Source of the DNA: Rhina ancylostomus
Lineage: Eukaryota
Assembly (NCBI GenBank): GCA_030265395.1
Contig: JARFYF010000058.1
Span: 20,151,006 to 20,215,005, forward strand
Direction of reading: 5' to 3'
DNA length: 64,000 bases
Numbering within the stretch: position 1 is the first letter of the stretch; every line of letters starts with the position of its first letter. The translations under genes and the position numbers were made by a program. Positions 35,314-49,650 of the stretch are shown here, piece after piece. The notes below the pieces were generated by a model, which saw only the letters and a program-made list of their open reading frames with translations, did not search any database and was not told the DNA's origin.

Positions 35314-38124
35314 CGGGGGGGGGGGGGGGGGGNNNNNNNNNNNNNNNNNNNNNNNNNNNNNNNNNNNNNNNNNNNNNNNNNNNNNNNNNNNNNNNNNNNN
35401 NNNNNNNNNNNNNNNNNNNNNNNNNNNNNNNNNNNNNNNNNNNNNNNNNNNNNNNNNNNNNNNNNNNNTCAAATGATTTATGTATATTTAAATATGAACA
35501 GCATCTTTTAAGGTATGTTTATTCTGCCTGCAAGTAAGAATTGGAGATAAGATCACATCAGGGAACAGATTTCCTCTTTCTAGAACAAAATCATCAACAT
35601 ATTTGGAGGATTGTGTCAAAAAGATCAATGGATCCCTTATAGCTACACTTCAGCACCAAAACATTGTTTTTATTGACTAATCAGGAGTCAAATCATCTCC
35701 ACAGTTTCACACAGGCCAGAGATAAAGTAAAAGCAGCAAGTAGAAGCAAACACACTGTTTGAAACTGGGTACAAAATGGAAACTTGTTTCATCGCATGAA
35801 CAATGAGCAATGCACCAAAGCCACAATGAAGCAGACAGCTGTTAAGTTTTCACTATCTGCCAACTGGAGGATAGGGATATGAATTAGATATACTGTAAGA
35901 AAATCCATTCATTGTGTTTCTGAATCAATTTTTAAAAGGTAATGGAATGTCTTGTACACCATTTACTGACTTAGTAAAAAAAACACTTCAATATACTTAA
36001 AAGCAAGCTAAAATAAGGTAGATCTTTACCACAGTCAACTCCACTACGTACAGTATAGTAGAAGCTATGTGATGTGGCCAGCCTTTAATGAAGTTGACCA
36101 ACATGATTAAGCACAAGACAAAATAGGGAATGCAGAAAGAATGACTATCGTCCATCTTTTCAGGTTCTGCCACAAATAAAATATAATTTGGTATTGATAG
36201 AATTTTTTAAATCTTCCTTCCCTTTAATTATTTGTCAATGTTACCATAATCTGCAACAGAGGAAAACCCACCCTGGGTTGAATTTTGGGAACTGCAACTC
36301 CAATGTCACCCTTTTCCACCCAAGCACATGACACTTACTTAATTCTGTCTAGTTTGCAATTCTGGCAGTAAAACTGCTTTACATGCTGAGAACGATCACC
36401 TTCCAATTTGAACAGGGAGGAGAATGTTGTGTAATACTAAACACCATTAAGTCAAATATTTATTTAAATATCCGAGTACAATTTACAATCTGCAGGAGTG
36501 AAAGTTCACCTTTTCATTGTTCCCCTCCAAAGTTGAAGGTCATGTCAGAACCACGTGTCACATCATTAATAGGTTTCTTATGACATAAATTAATAGCAGT
36601 GGATAACTGCAGAGAAATTAATTCACATTAGCAGAGTAAATCCACCAATTTCATGTCACAGAATTAACTGTATTGGGCCAACTCACAGCAAGAATGCAAC
36701 CTTACACTTTATTGATACTGCCACAGCAGCTGTGGAGAAATGGAATCCACGGAAAATCTCTTCTGAGCCACAAGTTGCTGGATCTATTGCAAACTAATGA
36801 TGTCAATCCATTGAGCCCACCTTTAATTCTCCATTATTTCTGTGCCAATACCAAAAAAGTCCCAGAGGAGAGATCCCAGCAAAACTGCCTTTCCACTAAC
36901 AACAACTGGACTGATACAGGGGAATGCACTGTCAATTCCTCCAAATTATTTTAAGATGGAGGGGCAAAGCCCTTGATCCATGAAAATGCAAGATGACCAG
37001 ACTATGACAAAACCCAAGTAATCAAAGCACGCTGCTCCCTGATGTTTTCAACTCAGATACAAAAGAAAGTGATAAAAGTTGCCAGTGTTTTCAGTGGCTG
37101 TCTGATTGAAAGGTTCTGGAGTGAGATGCTGTCTGTCACAAATGCTCATCACTAGAGCTCTCCAAAGCTTATTCAATCTATCTGGAGGACAGGGTATGGC
37201 AGGCTTTTGCTGGATTCATTTTGAAAACAATAAGACTTGTCGTTTGAGACGAGCCCTCCAGCTGATGCAGAAGGCTGTGGTCTGGACAGGAAAATACACT
37301 TGTTTGTTTTGAAGGTGAAAAATCTATGATGTAGATTAAAATAGGCAATTATATGTATGAACATGTCTAGCCTTTAAAACAAGGGGAGGAAGTGCTGACT
37401 TATAATACTTTGTACCAAGCAGTAGAACTGTAGAGACCTTACACACTGTATGCAAGACCAAGTGAGATTGTGTTTTCAGAGATTAAAAAGTTTGTGTGAG
37501 CATCAGTATTAAGCATGTAAGTTAGTTGTTAAAGATAAAATCAAAAATGAAAGCAAAACAATGTTACCTTGTCTGAGGATCCTCATGCAAGTTGGAATAA
37601 GCTCTTAAGGTGAGTTTGAGTTGAAGTTACACAAATTACATCAATTTGTTAAAAATTTCTGGAAAGGTACGAATTTATTCAATGAGCATACCAGTGACAA
37701 ATTAACACAGATCTACATACCCATGACATGGCTTAATTATGGCACTGTTATGACAAAAACAATTTNNNNNNNNNNNNNNNNNNNNNNNNNNNNNNNNNNN
37801 NNNNNNNNNNNNNNNNNNNNNNNNNNNNNNNNNNNNNNNNNNNNNNAAATGTGGCAGTCAGCAGAGAGACAAAAGAGACCGGCTCAGCAAAGTACTTTTA
37901 CTCAGCTTTTTAACACGTTCTTTGAGTGTTTCAATGAGGCTCACAAGGAAGTCAAACACCTCCACAGCCTAACTTGCTTCTCTTCCCCATCACCTACCAA
38001 ACTAACAAGATACCAGAGATCACTCCTTTGGAAGTGCTGGGGGTGTAGCCAAATTGCAGTGCCCACCTGCCAGGCCTTCAAATCACTCCCTCTTGTACAG
38101 TATTTATGCTAATTTATTCTGGGA

Positions 38125-38270
38125 GATTAAAGATGTAGAAGTTGAATTTGAGTAGATGCCAATGCGGATTTGAGCTTTCAATCAAATCAACCATGATCTT
38201 GTTGAATGGCAAAATAGGCTTGAGGGCCAATTCGCCTACTCCTGTTCCTGATTTACATGTTCCTATATAT
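38125..38270 (+). mobile_element. CR1 3'UTR fragment
   Basis: ATCAAATCAACCATGATCTTGTTGAATGGCAAAATAGGCTTGAGGGCCAATTCGCCTACTCCTGTTCCT. Confidence 0.78.
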
Positions 38271-40542
38271 CATGTATGGCAGTTAGTAGCCTGATAAAGA
38301 TTTCACTGTAATTGCTCTGCAATCAGTGTACTTTCACACAGTAATTGAGCTCAGGTTGGTTTGACTTTGTTTACTTAACAACTTAACTTAATGGGAGCTA
38401 CTATTAATGCCACAGATTGTTTCATCCGATCGAATCGATACAATATATTCTAATTTGACCCATTGGCCACAAATTCTTCAAAATGACCAAGCTGTAAAAT
38501 TTATTTACATGTTCAATTTCATTAAATATCATGCAGCAAAATCTGAGCTGCAATGTGCTTTAATTTTACACTTTCATAAGAGTGCTGCAAGTAGAACTGC
38601 ACATTAATTTATTGCTTTCTTATTTTTGTTAATCAATGTTAAACTTATAGACCACACTTGAAGGATCATCCACATTTCAGGGTTCAAAAGCAGATTACGT
38701 AGTAAAGGGAAAAATTTCAAACCACCACCAAAATTCAGAAGTTGCAATTATTAGAAAAGAACCAACAGGGACTGGGACTGGAAAAATGTTGGCGCCAAAG
38801 AAAGAAGAAAACAAGCCAGAGTTGTTTTTTGGACGAAGCCAAGGGAAGGATATGGATTTAATACAAGGAAAGCTGGTGCATATATAAAGTTGTAAACAGA
38901 AGTATGTGAAAGCAGTATGGGTAGATGCAATTAGAATTACTGAAGGCTCTTGTGGAAAGTAAGCACTGCCAAAGAATGTTTGTGTTGCATATTCTGTGTG
39001 TTTCTAAATAACATTTGATTCTGAAATTTTGGTTTCATAAGAGACCAATACTGTGGTCTCAAATGAGCTATAACTGAAGCATCACCCTCCAATTTTTGCA
39101 TTGTTTGTTTAGCAACAAACAATAACATTGTTACATTTCTTAAATGTTTGCTATATGGCATTTTAACTTTCTGTAAACCATGCAGGAGGACATCCAGATT
39201 CCTCCCTCTCAGNNNNNNNNNNNNNNNNNNNNNNNNNNNNNNNNNNNNNNNNNNNNNNNNNNNNNNNNNNNNNNNNNNNNNNNNNNNNNNNNNNNNNNNN
39301 NNNNNNNNNNNNNNNNNNNNNNNNNNNNNNNNNNNNNNNNNNNNNNNNNNNNNNNNNNNNNNNNNNNNNNNNNNNNNNNNNNNNNNNNNNNNNNNNNNNN
39401 NNNNNNNNNNNNNNNNNNNNNNNNNNNNNNNNNNNNNNNNNNNNNNNNNNNNNNNNNNNNNNNNNNNNNNNNNNNNNNNNNNNNNNNNNNNNNNNNNNNN
39501 NNNNNNNNNNNNNNNNNNNNNNNNNNNNNNNNNNNNNNNNNNNNNNNNNNNNNNNNNNNNNNNNNNNNNNNNNNNNNNNNNNNNNNNNNNNNNNNNNNNN
39601 NNNNNNNNNNNNNNNNNNNNNNNNNNNNNNNNNNNNNNNNNNNNNNNNNNNNNNNNNNNNNNNNNNNNNNNNNNNNNNNNNNNNNNNNNNNNNNNNNNNN
39701 NNNNNNNNNNNNNNNNNNNNNNNNNNNNNNNNNNNNNNNNNNNNNNNNNNNNNNNNNNNNNNNNNNNNNNNNNNNNNNNNNNNNNNNNNNNNNNNNNNNN
39801 NNNNNAATGTTAGGGGTGGATGCGGGGGGGGGGGTGGTGGGGGCGGTGGGGATGATAAGGTCCATTGTTCAGGAGGGTTTGGGGACACATTTGGCTGCCA
39901 TTAGAGACCGGTGGAGGGGTTTTGACTGGGGTTAGGGGTGATTAATGGACCCAAGTGAGAGGGGCTACAAGGTGTAAGTTTTTATATGGATCTATTGAAG
40001 TTGTTCTCAGTGCTAGTTCTTTAAGCTGGATACACCAGTTCATGATGAAACTGCTTCACAAGCAGCCCTCACTGTCTACAGGCCACACTCGGCTGAAAAT
40101 CATGGAATTGGCATTCAGACTGACATTGCATGCTGTTGAAAACCACAGATCATATCCAGGCACCTCTGTACATCAGCACAGAGAACCCTGTAGGAAAATT
40201 GCACATGCTGTGATCTACACAAAGTCTGTTTCAATTCATATATATTGCACTGTAATATATTATTTGTAGGATGGTATGCTGGTCTGTGATCCAAACACTT
40301 GAGGAAAACTGCTCTTCTATATCAAACATGGAAGAAAAAATTGCTGACATTCAACCCAATTGCCTAACCCAAGGAAGAGTATTGGCGACTGGTTCTATCA
40401 AGTTATACAAACAACAAATTCATTCAAACACAGTAGCTTTATCCATGCTATTCAAGTGGCAATAGCAGTGCAAGCAGGGAACTTTGCTCACATTGAGTAC
40501 ACCACAACAGAAGGGTGACCATCTACTGTGCTGCTGACCAAG

Positions 40543-40866
40543 GGTAATGCAGATAGTAGAGCTGCTGCCTCATAGCTCCAGCAACCAGTTTCAACCCTGA
40601 TCTCCAGTGCAGCCTGTGTGGAGTTTACACATTCTCCGTGACTGCACGGGTTTCCTGCAGCTGCTCAATTTCCTCCCACATCCCAAACACACATGGATTG
40701 TTGTGTTAATTACCTTGAGTGTGTAGCAGAATATGGGCTGGGTACTGATGGGAATGTGGGGAGAATAAAATTGAATTAGTGTAGGATTAGTGTAAATGGG
40801 TTGTTGGTGGTCAGCACAGACTCATTGGGTTGATGGACATGTGTACTGTATGACTGAATGACTATA
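40543..40866 (+). mobile_element. HE1-type V-SINE
   Basis: GTAGAGCTGCTGCCTCATAGCTCCAG, TGTGTGGAGTTTACACATTCTCC, TTTCCTCCCACATCCCAAA, and tail CTGTATGACTGAATGACT. Homologous to 32430-32728. Confidence 0.85.
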
Positions 40867-41473
40867 AACCAAAACTAAACAAAATCACAGGTTAGCCTTT
40901 TCCCCCTGCACAATCATGGTGCAAATAGAAAGGTCAAATATTGGTGGGGGGGCGGTGGGCTTGGTGGGAAATCTCAGTCACAGCACAAACCCAGCTGACC
41001 TCTGATAATCATCCAAACAATCCACACTGGAGCCACAATGAGAAGATAAAAATCAGTGTCCAAAATAACATCTTGAAGTTTGAAAATTCACAATTGTGAC
41101 TTCTGTATTTGCCCAATGTTACCCCAGCACCAAATACAGTCAGCTAATATGAGAATGGTCCACCATGCAATAAAACTACTGACCAGTTGAATGGCAGAAC
41201 CATCCCTGAATACAAGCCACAAATGTCAACAACTTGTGGATCCTCATGGGCATAACACTGCCACACAGCCAGAGTTGTGGGCAGCCAAGGAGAAATGTCA
41301 GACATCCTCCATGTAGTCACACTGCTGCAGAAAAATAACCAAATATCATGCAAGAGCTTCTCATGAAAGAGGTAGCCAGCATAAACCACCAGTAACCTGT
41401 GAAACCTCAGGAGAAAGCAAGGACATTAGGGTGACTTGAGTGAGAACACATGACTCTTCTGGCCGGCCCCAGA

Positions 41474-41475
<2 letters not shown>

Positions 41476-41516
<41 letters not shown>
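41476..41516. repeat. (AT)20 microsatellite
   Basis: Perfect dinucleotide run. Confidence 0.97.
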
Positions 41517-41518
<2 letters not shown>

Positions 41519-42734
41519 CAAGTTGACCATTAGGAGCCAGTATGATGTAAAAGGCTATGCTACAAAAATGGAGACCTCACATTGCAGTAAGAAGCAGATG
41601 ATGTGACACCTTGAGGTCAGCCTGCACATGTTCCAGGACTGAGCTAAGGCCAGCTTGCAAGCTTTGCTTTGCCCCTATCAATGGAAAGAGATATAACCTT
41701 GGTGGATAAATGCAAGAGGTGGAGATTATGTTCATGTTTTATTCGTATCTGTAAAATGAAATAAACATAAGAATCTGATTATTCAGTGTATGGCTTAGTT
41801 TGCTTTCAAGTTGTCTTAATCTTAAATGTTAGCTGCCAAAAAAATCCACATGGACAATCTGGAAACATGACTGAATTCTGCTATATTTATAGAAGTGAAG
41901 TTTACATCTTGAACTCTGCGATTACAAGTCAGTCACCACTTTTAGGCTAAATGAAAAATAAACTTTAATATGATGTGTGCACACACACAGTAAAGTTTGT
42001 GTAGGTGCAAACAAATTTAGATTAAAAAGTGTTGACCTAAAAATTGTGCTATTAAAACACCCAGGGATATATAGACAATGTTCAGGATCTTCTGAAGAAG
42101 TGGCCAGGGCAAATGGCCAAACCTAATGGCTGTTGTTCAGAGAGAAGTGAATCAGTAGTTTTTAATGTGGAAATGCATCTGGGGATGTGGCAACTAAGCA
42201 TAACTGTGCAGTGGACAGTGTAGTCCAGAGCAGATTTAAATAGATCACAGTATTTCACTATCTTTCACACCATTTCTATTTCCTTTACACTTTGTCCCTT
42301 ATTCTTTTCCTCCACATTCTAACTATGCAATGGTGCACTCTTACAAATGCAAGCTCTGCCATCTCATTTCCTTCTGTCTATTACATTGCCCTTCACCTTT
42401 AGTTTCAGCTCTGCAGTGACCCTGCAGTGAGGTCTGGAGAGACTGTTTGCACTTCACAGGACAAGGAGCAGCAAACAGGACCACCGACTGAAGCTTCAAG
42501 GAATAAGGAAGTTTGCAAGAGCAGAATTAGAATGAAGTTGTTGGACCAGGATTCAGCAGTGGGCCAAGCTGTAGGGTTAAAAGAAAGTGAAAGGAAACAG
42601 CAGGCTCTGCAAGATGAAAAGAATCACAGGAAAAGACACATGACAGGGATTTGGGGGCTTCAAAAAAAAAGTACAGTAAATGCAAAGAATGGATCTCAGC
42701 AGGCTGAAATAGAGAGTACATAACAAAAAAAAAA

Positions 42735-43060
42735 CCACATACTTAATCCCTACCCATCTCCACCCCTACAGCCTCCAAAACATCTGTTCTCTCAATCCTA
42801 GACTCCTGCACACCCCCAATTTAAGTTGGTCAACCATTGCCTTGGTTTGCTCCGAGCTTTGGAATCACCTTCCTAAACCTTCACTCTTCCTATTTGCTTC
42901 TCATTCTTTAAAACATTCCTCAAAGTCTGTTTCTTGGAGGAATGTTTTAGTCATCTGTCCTATCTCTTCAGCAGCTTGGATGTAAAATTTGTTTGATGGT
43001 GCTCCTGTGAACTGCTTGGGATGATTTACTGCAGGAAAGGCATTATATAGATGAAAGCCA
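42735..43060 (+). mobile_element. L2 LINE 3' end
   Basis: CTTTGGAATCACCTTCCTAAACCT (LWN.LP), TTTAAAACATTCCTCAAA, and terminal GCTCCTGTGAACTGCTTGGGATGATTTACT...AAAGGCATTATATAGATG. Confidence 0.78.
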
Positions 43061-45876
43061 CTGGTTTTGGTGCTGGTGGTCAGTCAAGTATTTAGAATGA
43101 AGGTGAGAACTGTGGTAGGAAAGAACTAGATTGGCCACAATTAAACTTGATTCCATGATCCCAGCAGCAAATTAGGGGGCTGTTTGATCAAGGCAACAGC
43201 ACCACCTAGCTTAGAAACTTACAACTTAATAAAATATGAAAATTAAATTGCAAGATGAAAATCATGATGCTTTAAGTGTGATACTCAGATTAACTATGTG
43301 CAAAATTTCTAATCTGCAGTTAACTGGAAATTGTTACAAAATTATTTGATTCTAACCAACGAACATAGGGAGAGAACTTTGTCTTTGAACAGAAATAATA
43401 AGTGGGTGCAAGGATTCCATATGCACTCAACTCTTGTCATTCAGATCCACTGAATTCAGAGAACAGGTAATCAGAAAGTGAGTACAAATAGGTCAAAACT
43501 TTCACACCCATTTACCATGAGGAACCAAAGACTGTTTTTTCCTGTTGTTTCGCACAAGTTCCAGAAAGCCAAATTAACTGAATATCATTTTCACTCAACT
43601 GAGTGCCAGCAATGGAGAAATATTCTGTGGTTGATGAAGTAAGGTAGATTCCTCCATTTCAATATTTGATTAACATGAAGAAATGCTTCAAAAATGAGCT
43701 GTGAACAAGACTTCTTGTGTGCAGGAGGAAAGAAATACTCAATAATGGAAAATGTTAAAAACTACTTAGTGGAAATTTCATAGGTGCCACATATGCAATA
43801 ATGCATGTTGGTTTACTTACATTGATTTCTAATTAGGCTGGTTCATATTAGCTTGGGTTGTGCTTCATGCTGATCAGACTTCCACATCTGTGCACTAAGT
43901 GGTGAAGCTAAGGATCAGACTTTAGCACAAACATCATGCTGCATCTTTGAACATTTCACTAACACACTTTGTATCTGGCCCCTCACCTGCCTGAGGCATC
44001 TATCCCATTCATTTGGATGGCACTGCCAATTTTCACTGAAAAGTTTAGTGAATGTCAGTGGCTTTTAAAAAGTGTTTGGTTAATATTAATATTTCTAATT
44101 TATATCTATTGAATTCACTTTAAGAAATATTACTTAAAATGAATATTAAACATCTGTAATTATTCATTAGTTTCCACAAGTTGTTGGAAAGCTAACAAGC
44201 GGTCAACGGATGGGGTCTTTATTTTCACTACATGGCCCATTCCACCTCAGAACGTCCTCTTCTGCAATGGGGGCAATGTGTTGGGTGTTGACTAAGGTGT
44301 GGGCCAGGTGATCCAGTCCAATGTGTTCCGATTGCTGGTGTTCTGCTGAATTATGAGCTGTTATTGGCAACAATAATGAGCCAAACTTGAATTCCCAGCT
44401 TGGGCTTTCTGCACATGGACTTTTCTCCGCTGTTGGGGCAGATCAATGGTAGAAGGACTGAGTGCCAACACCAGCTACTGTGTACGCTTCCCACCACCTT
44501 GCCTTACTTTCAGTGATGAAACCACCACATTGTCTCACTTGGTTCAACAGTATTCATCACAGCTGCCTCATCCATCATAGGCCCAATCTTCTGACTGCCA
44601 GTCGACTGTTACTGTGCCTACTAGTTGAAGCATCCTTGACTCTGGTGGATGAACATGAAAACATGTGCCATGAATATAAATGAGAACAAGTTCCACCAGT
44701 TTTTAAATGTCTATGTGCATACTTCCAGGCAGCAGTCCCAGAGGGTACAAACATTGCCAATGGAGACAAAGGTTTCTATATGCTGAGGAGCTCCTACTCA
44801 AGTCTACACTTAAAGCTGCACGTATACCTTTATCTCATTGCCGTTATTTCAGTTACAATAGGAAACATACCAAATAATTTAGGTTAAGATGCAATCATCA
44901 GACTTCACTCATATGGAGCCACATAGCAAATTCAACAGAAAACACCTTACTAGGTTTGACTGGCTCTGTGGACAATATCAGTTTGGAAGGGAAAATGAGG
45001 AGTTTGTGGTTCTTGGACAAATTCCCCCATTAGGAAAACTACAGGGAGAATTACACAAATTTTATGTTGTAGACTGAGCTAGAAAAAAAAAGCACAAGGG
45101 AATCAGAATTATAAAGCCTTCAGATATTTCCTGCTGCAGGATAGTTCAGGCACATTTAGACTCAGGAGAATAACAGACACCACTGGACCTGGGTGTAATA
45201 GGATGCTGTGCTTACTGCCATTCACGTACCTTCCCAGCCAGAAGGGAAAATCAAGTTGCTTGGTTCAACATACACAAATTCAGACAATCCTGTGGAATCC
45301 AAATTAGTCCTGGAATGAAGAGGAAGCAAACATGGCATTGATCTCATTCTATTTGTTACAGAAGACTTCTGATTATATGACTTAGCTCCAACGTCTAATT
45401 TAGCAGTTGATACTGAAGGGTCAAGAGCACTCTTCTAACCATGCTGTTTATTACTAGGTAACACTTAATACTATGTGTTAAATTGGTCTTATTTGTCATT
45501 ACATAAGTGTGTAGCATAATTAACACAAGAGTAGAGTTCCAACAATGAAAAATCAAAATAGCATAACATTGAATTTTTGGAAAATAAGCACAATACTATT
45601 ATGCAAGGCCATTGTTGTGTGAATGTATCCAAATGTAGGAATGAGTTTCTGGGTTATCTGATGCTATTCCAACGTTTTTACTCTATCCCAAAATCTAGAT
45701 CATTCAAACACATCAGGGAGGTGTCTATGAAAATGCAACAATTTGGTGACAGAAGAGCAGGGCGTAATGGTACATAATCAATAACCAACAGGGGATATCA
45801 AATGACACCAGAACCTATTCCAACCTGATTCTGCTCATCTTTTCTGATTGAATTTTTGGGATGCTATTCATGTGAG

Positions 45877-45904
45877 ATCCATGTCCAAGATCTTGGACAT
45901 GGAT
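45877..45904. repeat. Perfect 28-bp palindrome
   Basis: ATCCATGTCCAAGA|TCTTGGACATGGAT. Confidence 0.95.
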
Positions 45905-47894
45905 ATGTTCAAGATCATAAATAAAAGCAAAAATGAATTAATTCCAGATGCCTAGCGCCATGCCAGAAGTGAGAGGGCAGCACTCCCACCACTGATCTGG
46001 CATCACATTGACAACGTTCGCAAAATCTAAAGATGGAATCAGTTAAAGAATGTGGCTGTGCCCCAACAGCAGCAGTGGTACTGGGACACACCTTATTGAT
46101 CCTAGAGGCCAGCAGTGAGGAAACTTGTCAGTCATACACAAGGGAGGGGAACTGCAATCCACTCTGAACAAAAATATAGTGGACCCACTTTTGCTTGCTC
46201 ATTGTCCTCTTGCTGGTGAGCTACAAATCTAAATGAGCAATCAATCTTGAAACAAGTTTAATAATAGGATTCCTATATATGTAGAATTAATGGAGGTTTC
46301 GAGTTTAGCCTGGCATTTGCCTGTCTTACTTAGAACAAGCAAATGCCTTCTCTTCACACCAAACTGTCCCTTCCGGAAAGCTTCCAAAGCCAGCAAGAGC
46401 CCAAATCTGATAAAAACCTCCATTGTTCAGCTTTTTCCTCCTCCACTTTTACTAAACCAGGCTCCACACTAAAAAAAGGGCAAACTTTCAATTTAAGTTT
46501 CTTTCCTTAATAGGAATAGACAATAGGTGAAGACCTGTCCAGCTGTTATTGTTTAACAAGTGCAAGAGCATTGGCCATCCAGTGTAGTTCCTGTGAGAGA
46601 TTCAGTTCCATTGAATTCAATGAAGTCAAATACTGGAGTACAGCAGGCAGTGGATACATAACCTGGAAATCTGATCACATGATAAAAATTTCCAGCAAGA
46701 AAACAACTTTTTTTCTGGACTGTAACAAGTCAATGATTGCTTTTGGATTGAATCACACTGCACCAGAAATTTGATTAGGCGCTTCAAGTCATAAATTCCT
46801 CTTCTGCTGTTGACATACTTTCAGTGCAAAACATGCATGTAATATCATTCCCTGGCTGGTCATCATTCACTTGCAGTATTGCTGGGAGGAAATATCCAAA
46901 ATGGACCTGTCATTGGACATTCTCAGCCCCACCAGGTCATAATGGTGCTGCTACTTTAAGTGAGTCCCATCTGAGCACTGGGAATCCAACTCTGGTAAAT
47001 TCCCTTTAATTTATTTACCCATTTGTTCTCCTTCGTACCTCAGACTTTTTCCCTCCAGACTTTAGCTAATTACCCTTGCCTCACCACACCCATCTACTAA
47101 CATCACAATCCAAGGCTTCAATTTCACAACACCCCAAAGTTTCCCAACCCCAGGCCCAATCTCACTCAACCACTAACTACAGTATCCACAGTCGCCTACT
47201 ACCCTGAACTTGTCAGCCATCTTTTGCCCCAGCATCAACTAGAGATTATAGGCCCTCTTACCACTGAATACCAACAGCTGATACTTGACCTAAGCCCCCT
47301 TCTGAATCCTGCCTCTTCACCTCCCACCCCCATCCACTGGCTTCAGACCCCAGCTAGCACCAGAATAATTTGTGTTGGTGCAGTTCATGAAAGAAATACC
47401 TTACCCCCAGGCAAGGCTGGTTCATTACTGACAGCTTGGGCCTCTAGAGCTATCAGTTGTTCAGCAATGGACTCACACTCAAAACAGTTGTTGGCATGCT
47501 GCTTATGAAAGATTAAGCCACCAGGTATTTCTGGGTCTCCTTCATCTCTTTGGTGCTAACAGGTGAAGGTGAATTTTTAGTCTTTAGGACCAAAGTCCAA
47601 AACTGTAGTGAGAGGAAAAAACTTCTCTTCATCCATAAGCAAATCCCTTTGAAACAAATGAATACAATACTTATTATGAAATTGAGGCACAACTACTCTT
47701 ATCTTTAAGATATTTACTTTTAGCATTCACCTGTGAAGTTTGACATTTATGCAATTTTGTCACAATACTGCCAGTAGGCACAGTTTAGTCTTTAATTCTG
47801 CAGGTGGCTACAGGAAATCTACAGGTAGCTGAAGATTCCCTATGGACTCACTTCTATGGTCTAGCTTTGGAAATAAAAATAATGTTGTGGAAAA

Positions 47895-48695
47895 GGTTAT
47901 GGATAAGTTAAGTGTGTGTCAAAGATCTGGAAAATGGAGTGCAAGGTGAAGTTCCCCAGTTTGGCAGGAAAAATAAAAATAATCTAAATGGTAAGTGATT
48001 CCAGAGCTCTGAAATGCTGAAGAACCTGGGTAGTGTATGATTTACATGCTAGTAAATACATCCGCACATACAGCAACTAATTAGCAAAGCTAACGGAATG
48101 TTACTGTTGCTTACCAGTGGAATTAAATCCAAAGGAGGTTATGCTCCACTTTTGCAAGGCATCGGTGAGAACTCATCTGAAGTACTGCATATAGCACTGG
48201 TCTCCCCATTTAAGGAATGACATCAATGCATTGGGAGCAGTTCAGAAGTTTACTAGACTAATACCTGGAATGGGCAGGTTATTCTTAAGAAAGATCAAGC
48301 AAACAAGGTTTGTAACTGCTGGAGTTCAGAAGTGAGAGGGGGAATCCTGAGGAGTTTTGACAGGATGCACATGTGGAATAGGTTTCCTTTTGAAGGAGAA
48401 TCTAGAGCCAAGGCACTGCTTAAAAATTAGGTGTCACCCACTTAGAGGAGAGGCAAAGTATTGTCTTTTAGAAAGTCAAAAGTCTTGAACTCACTTCGGG
48501 CAATAGAAGCAGAGCCTTTAAATACTTAAGGCAGAGATAGATAGACTCTTGATCAACAATGGATGAAAGTTTACCATTTGCAGCCAAGCATGCAGAGTTG
48601 AGGTTACAATCAGATCAGCCATCATCTTAGTAATGGTGGAACAGGCTTGACAGGCCAAGTGGCCTACTCCTGCTCCTAATTCATATGTTCACATA
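47895..48695 (+). mobile_element. CR1 LINE ORF2 C-terminus and 3'UTR (5'-truncated)
   Basis: Translates to CKASVRTHLKYCI*HWSPHLRNDINALGAVQKFTRLIPGM. 3'UTR CAATCAGATCAGCCATCATCTT...GGCCTACTCCTGCTCCTAATTCATATGTTC. Confidence 0.9.
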
Positions 48696-49409
48696 TTTGC
48701 ATCAACCCTGATATACAAATTTATTTTTTCAGGAAAAAAGGCACTTGCTCATTATATATACCAACATTAATTATATTTATTTACATTACAACTTCTCTAT
48801 CACTGTTTGGCCAATAGGAGAAGTGGGTCAGGGTCCACTTTCCTTCAATGTCTCACCCTAAAGGTCTAAAGTGACAACCAGAACAATAATGTCTAGACTC
48901 AGAGCAATATTATGTCACAGAACATAATGCCAGTTTGGACAGGAACAGAATTAGCCTCATTAACTCGATAATAATCCACCCAATAATTTCTGTTGAATTA
49001 GAAAACCATAAAATTTGCCCTTCACATTTATGATACTAATCTAGCCTAATGTTTATTTCACCTACAACAGAACAGTTCAGTAAATACTATAAAATTTTGT
49101 GTGCATGTTAGTAAGGTTATGAATCTATAATAATTTGAAACAAAGACTGCCACAGATGAGGGGGACCACCCCCCCCAACTCCTTCTATCCTGACGTTCTA
49201 AATCTATTAATTCTCTTGAAGTATTCAAGGACTATGTGGAAAAACTTTTCTAGATATTGATCTGAAAAAAATTTTGATATTAATCCAGAAAAGTAGTCGA
49301 AAACCACCCACTAAGAAACTATATCCTCTTGGAAGTAGCTCTCAAGAATAATTTAGTTTAGTATCTCAGCCACAAGACAGAGAGACAGCTGTGAAGTAAA
49401 CTGAGGCAA

Positions 49410-49650
49410 GCACTGAAATGAGGAGAACAGTGCTACTCAGACGTTTGAGTTATTGTAACTACCTCAGAGGGCTGAGATTCTTCAGTTGTTGATTGTATTC
49501 AAGACAGATGTTGATAGGTTTGTTACACACTGAGGGGGCAAAAAAAAGGATCAGGTGGGAAAGTGGAGTTGAGTTCTGAACCAGTCTTAATTAGATTACA
49601 GGCAGACCAGACTCAGAGTGTATGGGCCAATCTTTTTTTTATGTTCTTAT
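49410..49650 (+). mobile_element. CR1 3' end
   Basis: CTGAAATGAGGAGAACAG...CTACCTCAGAGGGCTG...TATTCAAGACAGATGTTGATAGGTTT...GGAAAGTGGAGTTGAG. Confidence 0.68.

Noticed and set aside
35256-35332. Poly-G runs (also 26025-26060 and 57871-57943; poly-C 26161-26174) as G-quadruplex elements
   Set aside because: All abut gaps, which is typical of two-colour sequencing or assembly artefacts. Their true lengths are unknown.
44480-44660. Second Myb/SANT-like remnant on the minus strand
   Set aside because: It needs multiple frameshifts and matches too few residues to support.
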